Shown: positions 1 to 13,320, numbered from the stretch's first letter. The stretch: DNA of 64,000 nt from Eledone cirrhosa (GCA_964016885.1 OZ024741.1:384276001-384340000); one strand, 5' to 3'. Translations and numbers: made by a program. Notes: a model not told the origin generated them from the sequence alone.

Positions 1-45
1 CTAAGGTATGTCAAATTTATTTATAAAACTGTCTATATATTGTAT

Positions 46-105
46 TTTGTCTGAAGAGGGCATACCATATTTTTAATATGATATCCCTGAAATATATATA
101 ATGAG
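46..105 (+). ncRNA. Minimal type-I hammerhead motif (Penelope-type tail)
   Basis: CTGAAGA (51-57), stem II, GAAA (89-92), TATATA-TA. Stem I is weak. The flanks are homologous to 800-930. Confidence 0.5.
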
Positions 106-239
106 ATAAATATGGTTTTATAAATGTAATTTCCATTTGTTTAATATCGTAAAATACTCCAAAACTTGTTGAGTGCTTTTATATCAGTTATAAAATATTT
201 ACTCGTTGTAACCCAACATTTTAAATAAAACTTTTTGCA

Positions 240-296
<57 letters not shown>

Positions 297-622
297 GTAA
301 AAGGTAAACAGAAATAACAACACAATTGGTACAGTATATGGAAGAAATATATTAGGTTAACACTTGAAATAGCAGGAAGAGTGTTTTAAGGTTTCAGACA
401 CTAGTCCTTCATCAGAAAAAAGAATGAGAAATTAGATATATTGAAGGGCAGGGCGGAGTGGAATTGGAAAACATGTCTTTAGATAAAAATAACAGGTCCA
501 TTCATGTTGCCATCTCTTATATATATATGTGTGTGTGGATGTATGTGTATATATGTATGAGTGTATATATGGATGTCCGTACAGATGCGCACATGTGATT
601 TTATGTGTGCATGTATGTATAT

Positions 623-630
<8 letters not shown>
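297..630 (-). mobile_element. Penelope-like terminal/tail repeat with hammerhead core
   Basis: Inverted copy of 4693-5025. The minus strand reads CTGATGA-aggactagtgtct-GAAA at about 392-415. Confidence 0.6.
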
Positions 631-695
<65 letters not shown>

Positions 696-821
696 CAAAA
701 GGGATATTTAATTTTATAAATATTGACATATCCAGGAAGAAGATCTTAACTATCCAGGAAAAACTTGAACCGTTAAGATCTTCTTCCTGGATATGTGAAT
801 ATTTATAAAACAAACTTTGTA

Positions 822-880
822 TTTTATCTGATGAGAACGTACCAAAGTTTTGGTACCCTTGAAATATATATATAATAGAA
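822..880 (+). ncRNA. Minimal type-I hammerhead motif
   Basis: TTTTAT/ATAGAA stem I, CTGATGA (828-834), GTACCAAA/TTTGGTAC stem II, GAAA (861-864), (TA)n stem III. Preceded by a ~40-bp-arm hairpin at 712-810. Confidence 0.65.
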
Positions 881-936
881 TAAATATGGTGTTATAAATA
901 TACTTCCCATTTATTTAATATCATTGTATATGTATT

Positions 937-1300
937 CTTCTCACTCCTAGATAAAAACTTCCCATCTGGCCACAAGTACCATAGCCTTTTAAACAAAAAC
1001 ACAATTAAAATCCCCTACTCTACTACGCCTAACATAGCATACCACATAGCTAGTAGCAATAAAAGAAAAATTAATTCTTACTTCCAACAAACTAAATCAC
1101 AACAGGCGGTAAACCTTCAAAATAACATTATATCAACTAACCCTGATAACAATAGTAATAATAGTAATAGCACTAGTGTAAGCAATAACGCTGGGAACGA
1201 CAACCCCCATAACCATAATCCTATAGCTACCATTTTACTAGCTTCAAGAACGCGTCTACACGACGTGAGAAAGAATCCCAAAAGGCGGAGGGGGAGATAG
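937..1300 (+). pseudogene. Penelope-like ORF fragment (RT-to-GIY-YIG linker)
   Basis: Manual translation gives LDKNFPSGHKYHSLLNKNTIKIPYSTTPNI, matching the same linker at 2490, 43780 (minus) and 46970. Confidence 0.7.
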
Positions 1301-1440
1301 TCACGCGATATAACGGTCGAGAAACAGAGCTAAGCCTCTTATAACTCTGAAGAAAATACCACGGAGGCGGAGGGGGTATTTATATCGAAGCCGTTGTGTT
1401 GTTGGTGGTGCGAGTACGGAGTTAATTATTATAAAATAAC

Positions 1441-2225
1441 GCGTTCTTGAAGCTAGTAAAATGAGGTATCCTCTTGATAAGTCGGCAGACCTCGCAAGGA
1501 CTCTATATCTTTATGATGTATTGTTTTTGTTTATGCCACGAAACTACGTAGTCGAGGAATCTAGGAGCAGTTTAGGTATGATACATTTTATTACTAATTA
1601 TATCTAAATGTTTCTTCTCTCTTCATAATGTATTTTTAACTCTGATACTGGTTCAGTCTAATTCAACCGGATTGGTCTGTCCCAGTCATTCATTGAGCAA
1701 CATCGGTGAGGTTGGCACCATTAACTCACGGTTGGGTGTGGATGCATTCATGTATATGTGTGTGTCCGCATGTATCTGTGTGTTTCTAAATATATTGTTA
1801 ATAACTCCCTCTGGTCGAGTAATCTTTGAAGTGTGGTGACTGCTGGAAAGCTTCCATTACTCATACTTCTCGCCTCCTTCATCACCTCTTCTACGGCTTC
1901 GATATAAATACCCCCTCCGCCTCCGTGGTATTTTCTTCGGGGTTATAAGAGGCTTAGCTCTGTTTCTCGACCGTTATATCGCGTGACTATCTCCCCCTCT
2001 GCCTTTTGGGATTCTTTCTCACGTCGTGTAGACGCGTTCTTGAAGCTAGTAAAATGAGGTATCCTCTTGATAAGTCGGCAGACCTCGCAAGGACTCTATA
2101 TCTTTATGATGTATTGTTTTTGTTTATGCCACGAAACTACGTAGTCGAGGAATCTAGGAGCAGTTTAGGTATGATACATTTTATTACTAATTATATCTAA
2201 ATGTTTCTTCTCTCTTCATAATGTA
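1441..2225 (+). repeat. ~593-bp tandem unit with degenerate hammerhead (Penelope pLTR/retrozyme-like)
   Basis: GCGTTCTTGAAGCTAG occurs at 1441 and 2034. TCCTC-TTGATAA...GAAA-CTACGTAG-TC-GAGGA occurs at 1469-1558 and 2062-2151. Confidence 0.7.
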
Positions 2226-2229
2226 TATA

Positions 2230-2323
<94 letters not shown>

Positions 2324-2489
2324 AATATGTATAAGGCATTACACCAGTCCAGCCTCCTGTTATTTTATAATAATTAACTCCGTACTCGCACCACCAACAA
2401 CACAAACGAAGACGGGTGAGTTGCATTACGTGGAGTGCTCTCCCTAATATTACATCGAGGTTGACCATACGGAATGAACAGTTCCATCC

Positions 2490-4490
2490 AGTGATAAATG
2501 CTTCCCTAGGTCACATAAATATTACTCTATTTTCAATAGACACACAGTTAAACCTTCTTATTCAACAACTATGAATATTGCTCAAAATATAGCAAAAATA
2601 AATAGTAAAAGTCTTAATTTGAACCAACATATAATTACCAATAATAACAATAATAATAACAATACATTAGTTAATGGGAATAACAATAATAGTTTAAATA
2701 CTAATAATAGTAGAACACCTGTAAATAACAATGTGAATAGTTTAAGGTCTGGAAATAACATTGAGAAGAAATGTAATTTTAGAAAGAAGTCCGAATGTTC
2801 TTTACAAAATAATTGCCTTGACAAGAATATAGTATATAAATGTACCATTAAGACAAATAATAATATATATAACTATATGGGTGTCACTTCATCTAAGTTT
2901 AAGGAACGTTGGTATAATCATAGACAATCTTTTACTAAACAGATAAGAAATGTTCAACTTCACTTTCGCAATTAATATGGTCTTTAAAGGACAATAATAT
3001 TAAATACTCCATCTCTTGAACCAAATTAAAGAAAGCCAATTCCTATCAGAACGCTACTATTTCGCTAAATTGCAATCTTTGTGATTTCGAGACTCTACAG
3101 ATATTTACAAATTATGACAATTTAATCAACAACAAAAAACAAATTATTCAGTACTTGTCACCATAAAATTGGTAAAACTTTCCAAGCATTGTACAAGTTT
3201 CGAAAAAATATTGACAATTAATAATTTAATATATATATGTGTTTGCCTTATTGTGGTAATAATTTATTGATATTTATATGTATTAGAATTATTTTATTAA
3301 GAGTCTCGTTATCCTATGTTTTGATTAGGACAGTTCAATATCTAACTAGACATCTTTTATGATATTTGCAATAGATGATTTATGGTTTTCGAAATATCGC
3401 AGAATGTGTGCGTAGAGATATGTTATAAATGTTTGTATATGGTGAATGAGTTAGCTTCCTTTTGTTTACATTGTCCGTAAAATTTCCTTTCTTTTGTCTA
3501 GCTTGCTAAATTATATTAGTTTTGAAATATGTAGACTAATAATATATAGACTATCATTAAAATGAAACTATATAAATAAGTAAATACAGAAGTAAATATA
3601 ACCTTTCAGTAAATTAATGAAATAAACTTTTGGGAGTAAATGTAACTGCAGTTTAATCCTTGAAATTAAATGAAAATTAAAGAATAGTGAAGATTTTATA
3701 AAGATAATATCATAATTAAATAATTTGAGTAATATATGATCTAAATATATTATATGTATTGATGGTGACTTATGTATGCTATTAGATGTTAATACATATG
3801 TAATAATTATTGAAATACGCTTTAATGATTAATTCTTTTAAAGTTGTAAGAAAATATTTATAGAATATATAATTAAAAATAATAATCTATACTGATTAAT
3901 AATTGATATAATATATAAGTATAATTAGCTAATGCATAATCAAATACAAAAGATATTCAATTGTTTAGTTGAATTGATTGGATGTCCTATTTGATCCAGT
4001 ATTTGAAAACAACGGTTTTATTCTATATCCCCCTCTATTTGATGTTTCCTTTATTTTCTTTACCCACTCTGTTCTCTTTACTTTCCTTACACCTTCCCTC
4101 TTTTGTCGTTATTCCTCTTTTCTTTTTTATATATTTCTTTTACTTTTCTTTTTTATTCATTTATCTATTTATGTATGTATTTATGTATGTATTTATTAAT
4201 TTTTTCTTGCCTTTCTTTACACCCTTTCTCATACACCCTCTCTCATATCTCTAATTTGCTCCACGCCCTTTTCTTCTTTAAGTTTATCATGTTATTTGTG
4301 GTATATAAACATTGAGATTTGATTAAATAAATTACTGCCAATGCAGGAATTGTATAGTCAAGACCGTAGCAGTATGTCATATATCATATTATATATTTTA
4401 TCTGATGAAGACGTACTGAAAAAACAACACAGTACCTTTGAAATATATATAATAAAGCAAATATTTTGCTTGTGTGAATATCCTTCATTT
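2490..4490 (+). mobile_element. 5'-truncated Penelope-like element: decayed GIY-YIG domain plus long AT-rich tail ending in a hammerhead
   Basis: ORF 2571-2975 contains CNFRKKSECSLQNNCLDKNIVYKC...YMGVTSSKFKERWYNH. Hammerhead at 4396-4457: CTGATGA 4402, GAAA 4440, TTTAT/ATAAA stem I. Confidence 0.75.
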
Positions 4491-4508
4491 GTTAATATTT
4501 TGAATTAT

Positions 4509-5717
<1,209 letters not shown>

Positions 5718-5723
5718 TATATA

Positions 5724-5758
<35 letters not shown>

Positions 5759-5785
5759 TTATACATATATATTATACATATATAT

Positions 5786-5815
<30 letters not shown>

Positions 5816-5816
<1 letters not shown>

Positions 5817-6687
5817 ATTATGAAGAGAAACATTTAGATATAATTAGTAATAAAATGTATCATACCTAAACTGTTCCTAAATTCCTCGACTACGTAGTTT
5901 CGTGGCATAAACAAAAACAATATATCAAAGATATATAATGTATTTTTAACTCTGATACTGGTTCAGTCTGGTTCAAACTGAATTGGTCTGTCCCAGTCGT
6001 TCATTGAGCAACATCGGTGAAGTTGGCACCCTTAACTCACAGTTGGGTGCGGATGCATTCATGTATATATGTGTGTGTCCGCATGTATCTGTGTGTTTCT
6101 AAATATATTAATAACTCCCTCTGGTCGAGCAATCTTTGAGGTGTGGGGACAACTGGAAAGCTTCCATTACTCATACTTCTCGCCTTCTTCACTACCTCTT
6201 CTACGGCCTCGATATGAATACCCCCTCCGCCTCCGTGGTATTTTCTTCGTGGTTATAGGAGGCTTAGCTCTGTTTCTCGACCGTTATATCGCGTGACTAT
6301 CTCCCCCTCCGCCTTTTGGGATTCTTTCTCACGTCGTGTAGACGCGTTCTTGAGACTAGTAAAATGAGGTATCCTCTTGATAAGTCGGCAGACCTCGCAA
6401 GGACTCTATATCTTTGATATATTGTTTTTGTTTATGCCACGAAACTACGTAGTCGAGGAATTTAGGAACAGTTTAGGTATGATACATTTTATTACTAATT
6501 ATATCTAAATGTTTCTTCTCTCTTCATAATGTATTTTTAACTCTGATACTGGTTCAGTCTGTTTCAAACTGAATTGGTCTGTCCCAGTCATTCATTGAGC
6601 AACATCGGTGAAGTTGGCACCCTTAACTCACAGTTGGGTGCGGATGCATTCATGTATATATGTGTGTGTCCGCATGTATCTGTGTGT

Positions 6688-6690
<3 letters not shown>
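5816..6690 (+). repeat. Second cluster of the ~590-bp hammerhead-bearing unit, with an inverted partial copy at its 5' side
   Basis: ATGTATTTTTAACTCTGATACT occurs at about 5938 and 6529. Degenerate hammerhead at 6372-6459. 5816-5935 is the reverse complement of about 6408-6532. Confidence 0.7.
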
Positions 6691-6728
<38 letters not shown>

Positions 6729-6733
<5 letters not shown>

Positions 6734-7100
6734 CCAGAATGGTAACAGAACACACTCACTGTTTGGTTAGTTTTTGCTTCTGTGTCTTTTATATCGGTTA
6801 ATTTAATTTATTCGGTCCTCAATGTTACCATTGCCTGACCAACGGTCAAAAAGATGGTGTAGGCATACAATACAACAGGAGGAAACATAATAGCACGACT
6901 GACAATGTTACAGATGTGCAACGAAAGAAGTTTGATAGACTATATATATGTGTTTGTGTCTATATTGTATTTGTATTTTTGACCACTGGTCAGCCAATGG
7001 TAACATTGAGGGCCGAATAAATTAAATTAACCGATATAAAAGACACAGAAGCGAAAACCAACCAAATAGTGAGTGTGTTCTGTTATTAATTCTGGCAATA
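6729..7100. mobile_element. Non-coding fold-back (MITE-like) element with ~125-bp inverted arms
   Basis: TTGCCAGAAT...GGTCAAAAA pairs with TTTTTGACC...ATTCTGGCAA. (TA)n lies at the left end. Confidence 0.7.
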
Positions 7101-7131
7101 TTATCACACAAATATGACCCTCTCCAAGTAT

Positions 7132-7244
<113 letters not shown>

Positions 7245-7805
7245 CACATATAAATATGTATATATATATATGTATATATATAAACTTAAACCCTAACTAA
7301 TTCCTCTAAGTTCATAACTCATTTAATCTTCTCCTTTCACATTATATCCTTAATATCATTAATATTTTTATTTTAATAATACATATTAATAAACTCTTTT
7401 TTTCGCACATATTATTAAACCCTTCAATATACAAACCTTAATTTAATACTATTCTTAATTCCTTTTTCTACATGCATAAACCTCATTAACTTTTAATTTC
7501 AAAATCTTTTAAATTATCTATTATCTTCCAACGGTTTTTTAATTTCTCTCTGTGAGACAATGTTTTCTCAGTTTTAAAGGCTATATCTCTCTCTCTATCA
7601 CTCATTTCTCCTCCTCTCTCATCCTTCCTTCTTATACTCCTCCCCCACCATCCTTTACTTTTCTTTCTTCCTCTTCCTTACCTTTTCCTGCCCCACCCCC
7701 CTCATTTTTTCCCAATCTCATAGATCCATCTTAGTTTATTTTTCATATGTTGATTTAAAACTTCACTGCTCACAAGTAATTTTTAAGCTTCATATCATGT
7801 CTCCC

Positions 7806-7876
7806 TATTTTATTTGATGAGAACGCAGATATCATCCCATGATGAAATTTGTTTTGGAAATGCGCATAATAAAATA
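7806..7876 (+). ncRNA. Degenerate type-I hammerhead
   Basis: TATTTTAT/ATAAAATA stem I, TTGATGA core (C3 changed to T), GAAA (7857-7860), palindromic TGCGCA stem III, then TA. Confidence 0.6.
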
Positions 7877-8175
7877 CTTGGAACTCTTTTAACCATCCTT
7901 TGATCTTATATTATTTATACTCCAGTCCTACAAACTGTAGAGTGCTACTTATCCGATATTTGCATTGCTTTATTGTGCTACAATAAAACTCACCTCCTAC
8001 ATATATACATATATATATATGTATAATATATATACATATATATATGTATATGTATATATATATATGTATGTATATGTATATATATATCCCCTGTGATTGT
8101 TCCATATGTTTATTTATGTTAATCAATTTCTAGTTGTTATATATATATATGTATAATATATATACATATATATAT

Positions 8176-8773
8176 GTTGGTGCTACTGGTAACATGTATC
8201 CCAGTACAACCTGTCTCATGGTCGGGTCGTTGGCGACTAAACTGGCAACCCCACCAAGGTTTCTTGGTGAGGAGGGTGACTTTGGACATCCTGCAGGACT
8301 AAAAACAAAACCTGTCAAAGGGCAAAGGAGCTCTTAAAAGTCAATGGCCATCCAAAATCACCGGGAGAGATGACCCCTTAGCCTTTGTCAAGGCAGAATT
8401 CTAGGAGAAGGAAAACTCTGATATAACACCTGCAACCCTGATGGTATCCAATGATGTTGACTTGTTCTTCTTTTTGGTAAATATCATCTTGGTTAAGAGA
8501 GTGGGACTGGCTTTGTGCAGTGCCTTTGCTCACTATAAAAGCTTCACGGCACAGGCATTGCTTTGTATCTGGAGATCTCTCTGCACTTGTCCTCACATGG
8601 TACCATGGGCCCAGCACTATGTGTCAATAATTGTCACAGGTGTAGTGTTTGTACCAGAGTTTTCAAGTCGCTGGCTGGACTAAAAAGTCACACTCGTTCA
8701 GCGCTTCGGTAGGGGTTCTCCTACATGGATATAAAGTAGTGGCCGTACTCGAAAACGAGTTGGCAGCCACCAT
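8176..8773 (+). mobile_element. Internally deleted (non-autonomous) RTE-like element followed by a (TATG)n tail
   Basis: RTE-type 5'UTR motif CTAGGAGAAGGAAAACTCTGA at about 8401. The 3' end encodes [17 protein letters not shown] (C2H2-like RTE C-terminus). No RT is present. Confidence 0.55.
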
Positions 8774-8968
8774 ATGTATGTATATGTATATATGTATGTA
8801 TATGTATATGTGTATGTATGTGTATGTATATATATGTATATGTGTATGTATATGTATGTGTATGTATGTATATATGTGTGTATATGTATGTATGTATATG
8901 TATATGTATATGTATGTATGTATATGTATGTATGTATGTGTATATGTATGTATATATATATGTATATG

Positions 8969-8999
<31 letters not shown>

Positions 9000-9048
9000 G
9001 TATATGTATGTATATGTATATGTATGTATGTGTATGTGTATGTATGTG

Positions 9049-9080
<32 letters not shown>

Positions 9081-9218
9081 TATATGTATGTATATGTATA
9101 TGTATGTGTGTATGTGTGTATGTATGTATGTATATATGTATGTATGTATGTATATATGTATGTATGTGTATATGTATGTATGTGTATATGTATGTATATG
9201 TATATGTATATATATATG
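8773..9218. repeat. (TATG/TA/TG)n compound microsatellite
   Basis: Directly visible. Confidence 0.95.
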
Positions 9219-9484
9219 CTGCTTTGTGCAGTGCCTTTGCTCACTATAAAAGCTTCACAGCACAGGCATTGCTTTATATCTGGAGATCTCTCTGCACTGG
9301 TCGTCACATGGTACCATGGGCCCAGCACTATGTGTCAATAATTGTCACAAGTGTAGTGTTTGTACCAGAGTTTTCAAGTCGCTGGCTGGACTAAAAAGTC
9401 ACATTCGTTCAGCGCATTGGTAGGGGTTCTCCTACATGGATATAAAGTAGTGGCCGTACTCGAAAACGAGTTGGCAGCCACCAT
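9219..9484 (+). mobile_element. 5'-truncated second copy of the RTE-like 3' end
   Basis: ~265-bp direct repeat of 8510-8773. Confidence 0.7.
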
Positions 9485-9734
9485 ATATGTATATACATAC
9501 ATGCGGTCACACGAACACACATGCACACACAATCTATCTAAACTTATATAATACTTATGATGTACTTGTATAGATATTTTAACCATTAACTTTTTATACA
9601 TGAACATTTATTTTTACATAGGTACATATGCTAGGGCACGTATTCGAACTAAATAGAAGAATATATACATACATTTATGTGTATATACATATATATATAT
9701 ATACATATATATACATATATATATATATATATAC

Positions 9735-9838
<104 letters not shown>

Positions 9839-9861
9839 ATGTATGTATATAATAAACATAC

Positions 9862-9907
<46 letters not shown>

Positions 9908-10330
9908 GCATATATATATATGCATATATATATATGTGTGTGTGTGTGTGTGTAAAAGGTAAACAGAAGTAACAACACAGAAATAAACACTTATACATAT
10001 GCATACATAGAAACAAACATAAGAAAATAACTACTCAGTTCATAAAGTAGAGTTAATGATGATTCTTGTAACATAGGAGACACTTCACAGTAAATGGAAT
10101 TTTTAACTTAAACATAACTTCACAGTGAAATTCAAGACTTTCAATGCCGTTTGATATAATAATCAAACGGCAGTATATTTCTAGAAATTTCGTCGATAAT
10201 GCAATTTGATGTCTGTACGTCTATTTGCACTTAAACGGAATTTCATATGTCTTACTGTACGTGACTTCAGTATATCGCTACTGATAAAGATCTTAACAGG
10301 AATAGAACATTCTAGTCTTCCGGTTAATGA

Positions 10331-10367
<37 letters not shown>

Positions 10368-10400
10368 CTATTTATATCTATCCATCTATCTATCTATCTA

Positions 10401-11116
10401 CTGGCAGTGCTACCGAGGAGCTGAACCCGTTCGAGACAAGCTCTACTGTCACGGACGCCCTCGAACAAGATCTGTCCGAGATGCGTGCGAGACGAGGAAA
10501 CCGTCGCGCACGCATTCAAACACTGCCCGGACGTGGAACTACGCAGAACGGCTACTGTCGCGGGTGGGACAAATCCAGTTGACTACCGAGTCCATTATTA
10601 CGATCAAACCGCCACCCTCCTTCAAAAACGAAGTAGAGGCGGTTTTCCTCTGTGTAATGGCTATGGCGAAAGAGGTTATATGGTGGACGAGGCTGAAATG
10701 GCTGAGATGAGACACCTTTCTCTCCGGCGAACAACTGGTTCGCTTCTTCAAATATCACTTTAGAAAAAGAATCAGAGTGGAGAGAGAGGTACTGCACCCA
10801 GCAAATTTTACGAAAGGTGGGTGAATGTGGCAAGAATAGCCCGAGTGGTTGGGCCTTCTCTCTCTATAAACCTGTAGGTTGAGGAAAAAGAGGAAGAGAG
10901 GAAAGGAGCGCTCGCTCTTCGTGCTCCTGGACATGAGGGTTGTACATTTTTTCGGGGTGTGTACAACCCATGTGTAATGCCTCTCCCCCTATCGGGGATT
11001 TCAATTGTTATTTGTTATTTCTTTATTAGTTCTATTTTTATACGCTTGTATGTAAACTCCCCACTTTGTATTTGTATTTGTCCCCATCTTTTGTGCCCCT
11101 GTGGCAAATAAAGAAA
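10401..11116 (+). mobile_element. 5'-truncated Tx1-like copy (GATA family) inside (TCTA)n
   Basis: WQCYRGA..VRDKLY...IKPPPSFKNE matches the ORF2 C-terminus. The 3' end is AATAAAGAAA. (TCTA)n lies on both sides. Confidence 0.9.
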
Positions 11117-11136
11117 TCTATCTATCTATCTATCTA

Positions 11137-11191
<55 letters not shown>

Positions 11192-11194
11192 ATG

Positions 11195-11233
<39 letters not shown>

Positions 11234-11654
11234 ATAGAAGGTTCAGTAAATCCGTAGAAAACTGGTGAAGGTATCAAATTTCTTTATGTAACACCTCCAC
11301 TTTGTTCTTATTATATATATATGCATATATATATACAAGTGAATATATGAGAGGGATGAACACCAATACATGTATACATGTGTTCGAATTGTAAATGACC
11401 AAGTTAGCTAGGTTGAAAAATACTAATTTAAAATAATAACGTTTGCCTGTCTCGATTTAAAGTAATAAATCAATAAAAATAACAAACCTATATTGGGCAA
11501 CCGCCGTTTAATACCCGAACCGATCTAAATCTGTTTCGCAACAATTATTATAATTTGTAGGCTAGTTCGCCTCTAGGGGTTGTATTGATGAACATTACAC
11601 TCTGGTATTTTTTTTTTTTTTTTTTTTTTTTGGTATTTTTGGTATTTTGGTATT

Positions 11655-12689
11655 TTGTAGGCGAACTAGCCTACAAATTTAGAAGGGCCCTAAATAAACA
11701 TAATCTCAATATTAAGATTGTAGAAAGACCTGGTACCTCCGTTAAAACACTTATTAGCAAGACATACCCGTTCCAAAGACCCTCATGTATAGATAAGAAA
11801 TGTATAACCTGTAAAATAAGCCCCCATATTAACTGTAAAACTAGAAATGTAGTGTATAGCATAAGATGTACTGAAGGACAATGTAGAAACAAAAATATAG
11901 TGTACATAGGTGAGACAGCTCGTAGTATAGGGGAACGAATAAATGAACACTGGCGAGACCTCCAAGATAATAAAGAATCATCTGTGCTCTACCAACATGC
12001 TAAGATAGAACACAGGGGTAGATTAGAGAGCATAGAAATAAAAATAGAATCCACACACAGAAAAGACGCAATGTTTAGGCAAATTACAGAGGCAGTAAGC
12101 ATAAAAGAATTAAAACCAAAATTAAATAGAAAATATGAGTGGAACAGCAACATCACAACTTACAATTAAGGACAAAATGAAAACACACACACACATAGAA
12201 CAAACAACTTACAATTGAAAACACACACAAAATGAAAACACACACAGGACAAAATGAAAACACACACACACATAGAACAAACAACCAACCAACAATAAAT
12301 AAATAAATAAATAAACAAATAGAAAAATAGAAATAGAAAAATAGAAAAATGAACACAAACACACACAGACACCCGGATGTGGCGCATGCGCAAACTGAGC
12401 ATACAACACACACACAGAAACAAAATGGCGTAGGATAGAAGAAAGGAAAGGCACAGAAACGAAGAAAGGAATCCCCAGTCACTGAAGAGGTCACAGAGTG
12501 TGTGACGAAAGGACTATGACTATATATATAAACAACTATCTGGTTGTGGAACCAACCAACCAACCAGAAATTTATAAGTTTGTAAATTTGTAAATTTGTA
12601 AATTTATAAATTTATAAATATATAATAAATTGAAGTGAAAGCAACTGGTGCGTGTGTTTCTTATTGGCAACATGACCCTCCCAAAGTAT

Positions 12690-12700
<11 letters not shown>
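11655..12700 (+). mobile_element. 5'-truncated Penelope-like element (GIY-YIG, different lineage) with hammerhead in its tail
   Basis: CIDKKCITC...NVVYSIRC...VYIGETARSIGERINEH...RQITEAVSI...PKLN. Hammerhead at 12477-12521: AGTCA-CTGAAGA-gGTCAC/GTGAC-GAAA-GGAC-TA-TGACT. Confidence 0.85.
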
Positions 12701-12747
<47 letters not shown>

Positions 12748-13010
12748 TATCCCCGGTCCCGACATTCGCGGTCCCGACATTCGTTGTCCCGGAATTTTCC
12801 TTACAATCTAATAATTGTTCGTGGAACCACTGCATATTCGCGGATTTTTTTATTGCTTTTTCGTGGCAATATATATTTTTTACGCTAAATTATTAATAAC
12901 AGTATGCCGCATTCGACGGTCTATTTAATGCCCCTATTATAATTTGCGTTATATTTTGAGGTTTATAGGCATTTTTATGGACCACGTCCATTATTCGCAG
13001 TTTTTCACTC

Positions 13011-13320
13011 TTCGTGTATTATAAATTATAGATATACTGCTATATATATTTCGGTGACAGCCATCATTTGCTGTGACTTCTTCAGGCAGTTCGAATCTCT
13101 GAGGAACTGGAATCATATCCATATGATTGCAGTTCCTCAGAGAAATAACAACGCAACCAGGAGCTGGACATATCGGAGTATTGACGGAGTAAAACACACT
13201 TCAACAACATGTGTACCTGTCTCTCCCACACCAATTTTGACTGCCTGAAGAGGTCAAAGCCAATGATGGCTGTCACCGAAATATATATAGTAGTATATTT
13301 ATAATTTATAATACACGAGG
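13011..13320. mobile_element. Non-coding fold-back element with a hammerhead in each inverted arm
   Basis: ~80-bp inverted arms. Minus-strand hammerhead at 13036-13090 with ACTGC/GCAGT stem I. Plus-strand hammerhead at 13240-13294. Confidence 0.75.

Noticed and set aside
12750-12800. 15-bp tandem GGTCCCGACATTCGC, like a DNA-transposon subterminal repeat
   Set aside because: No matching opposite end or transposase was found in the window.
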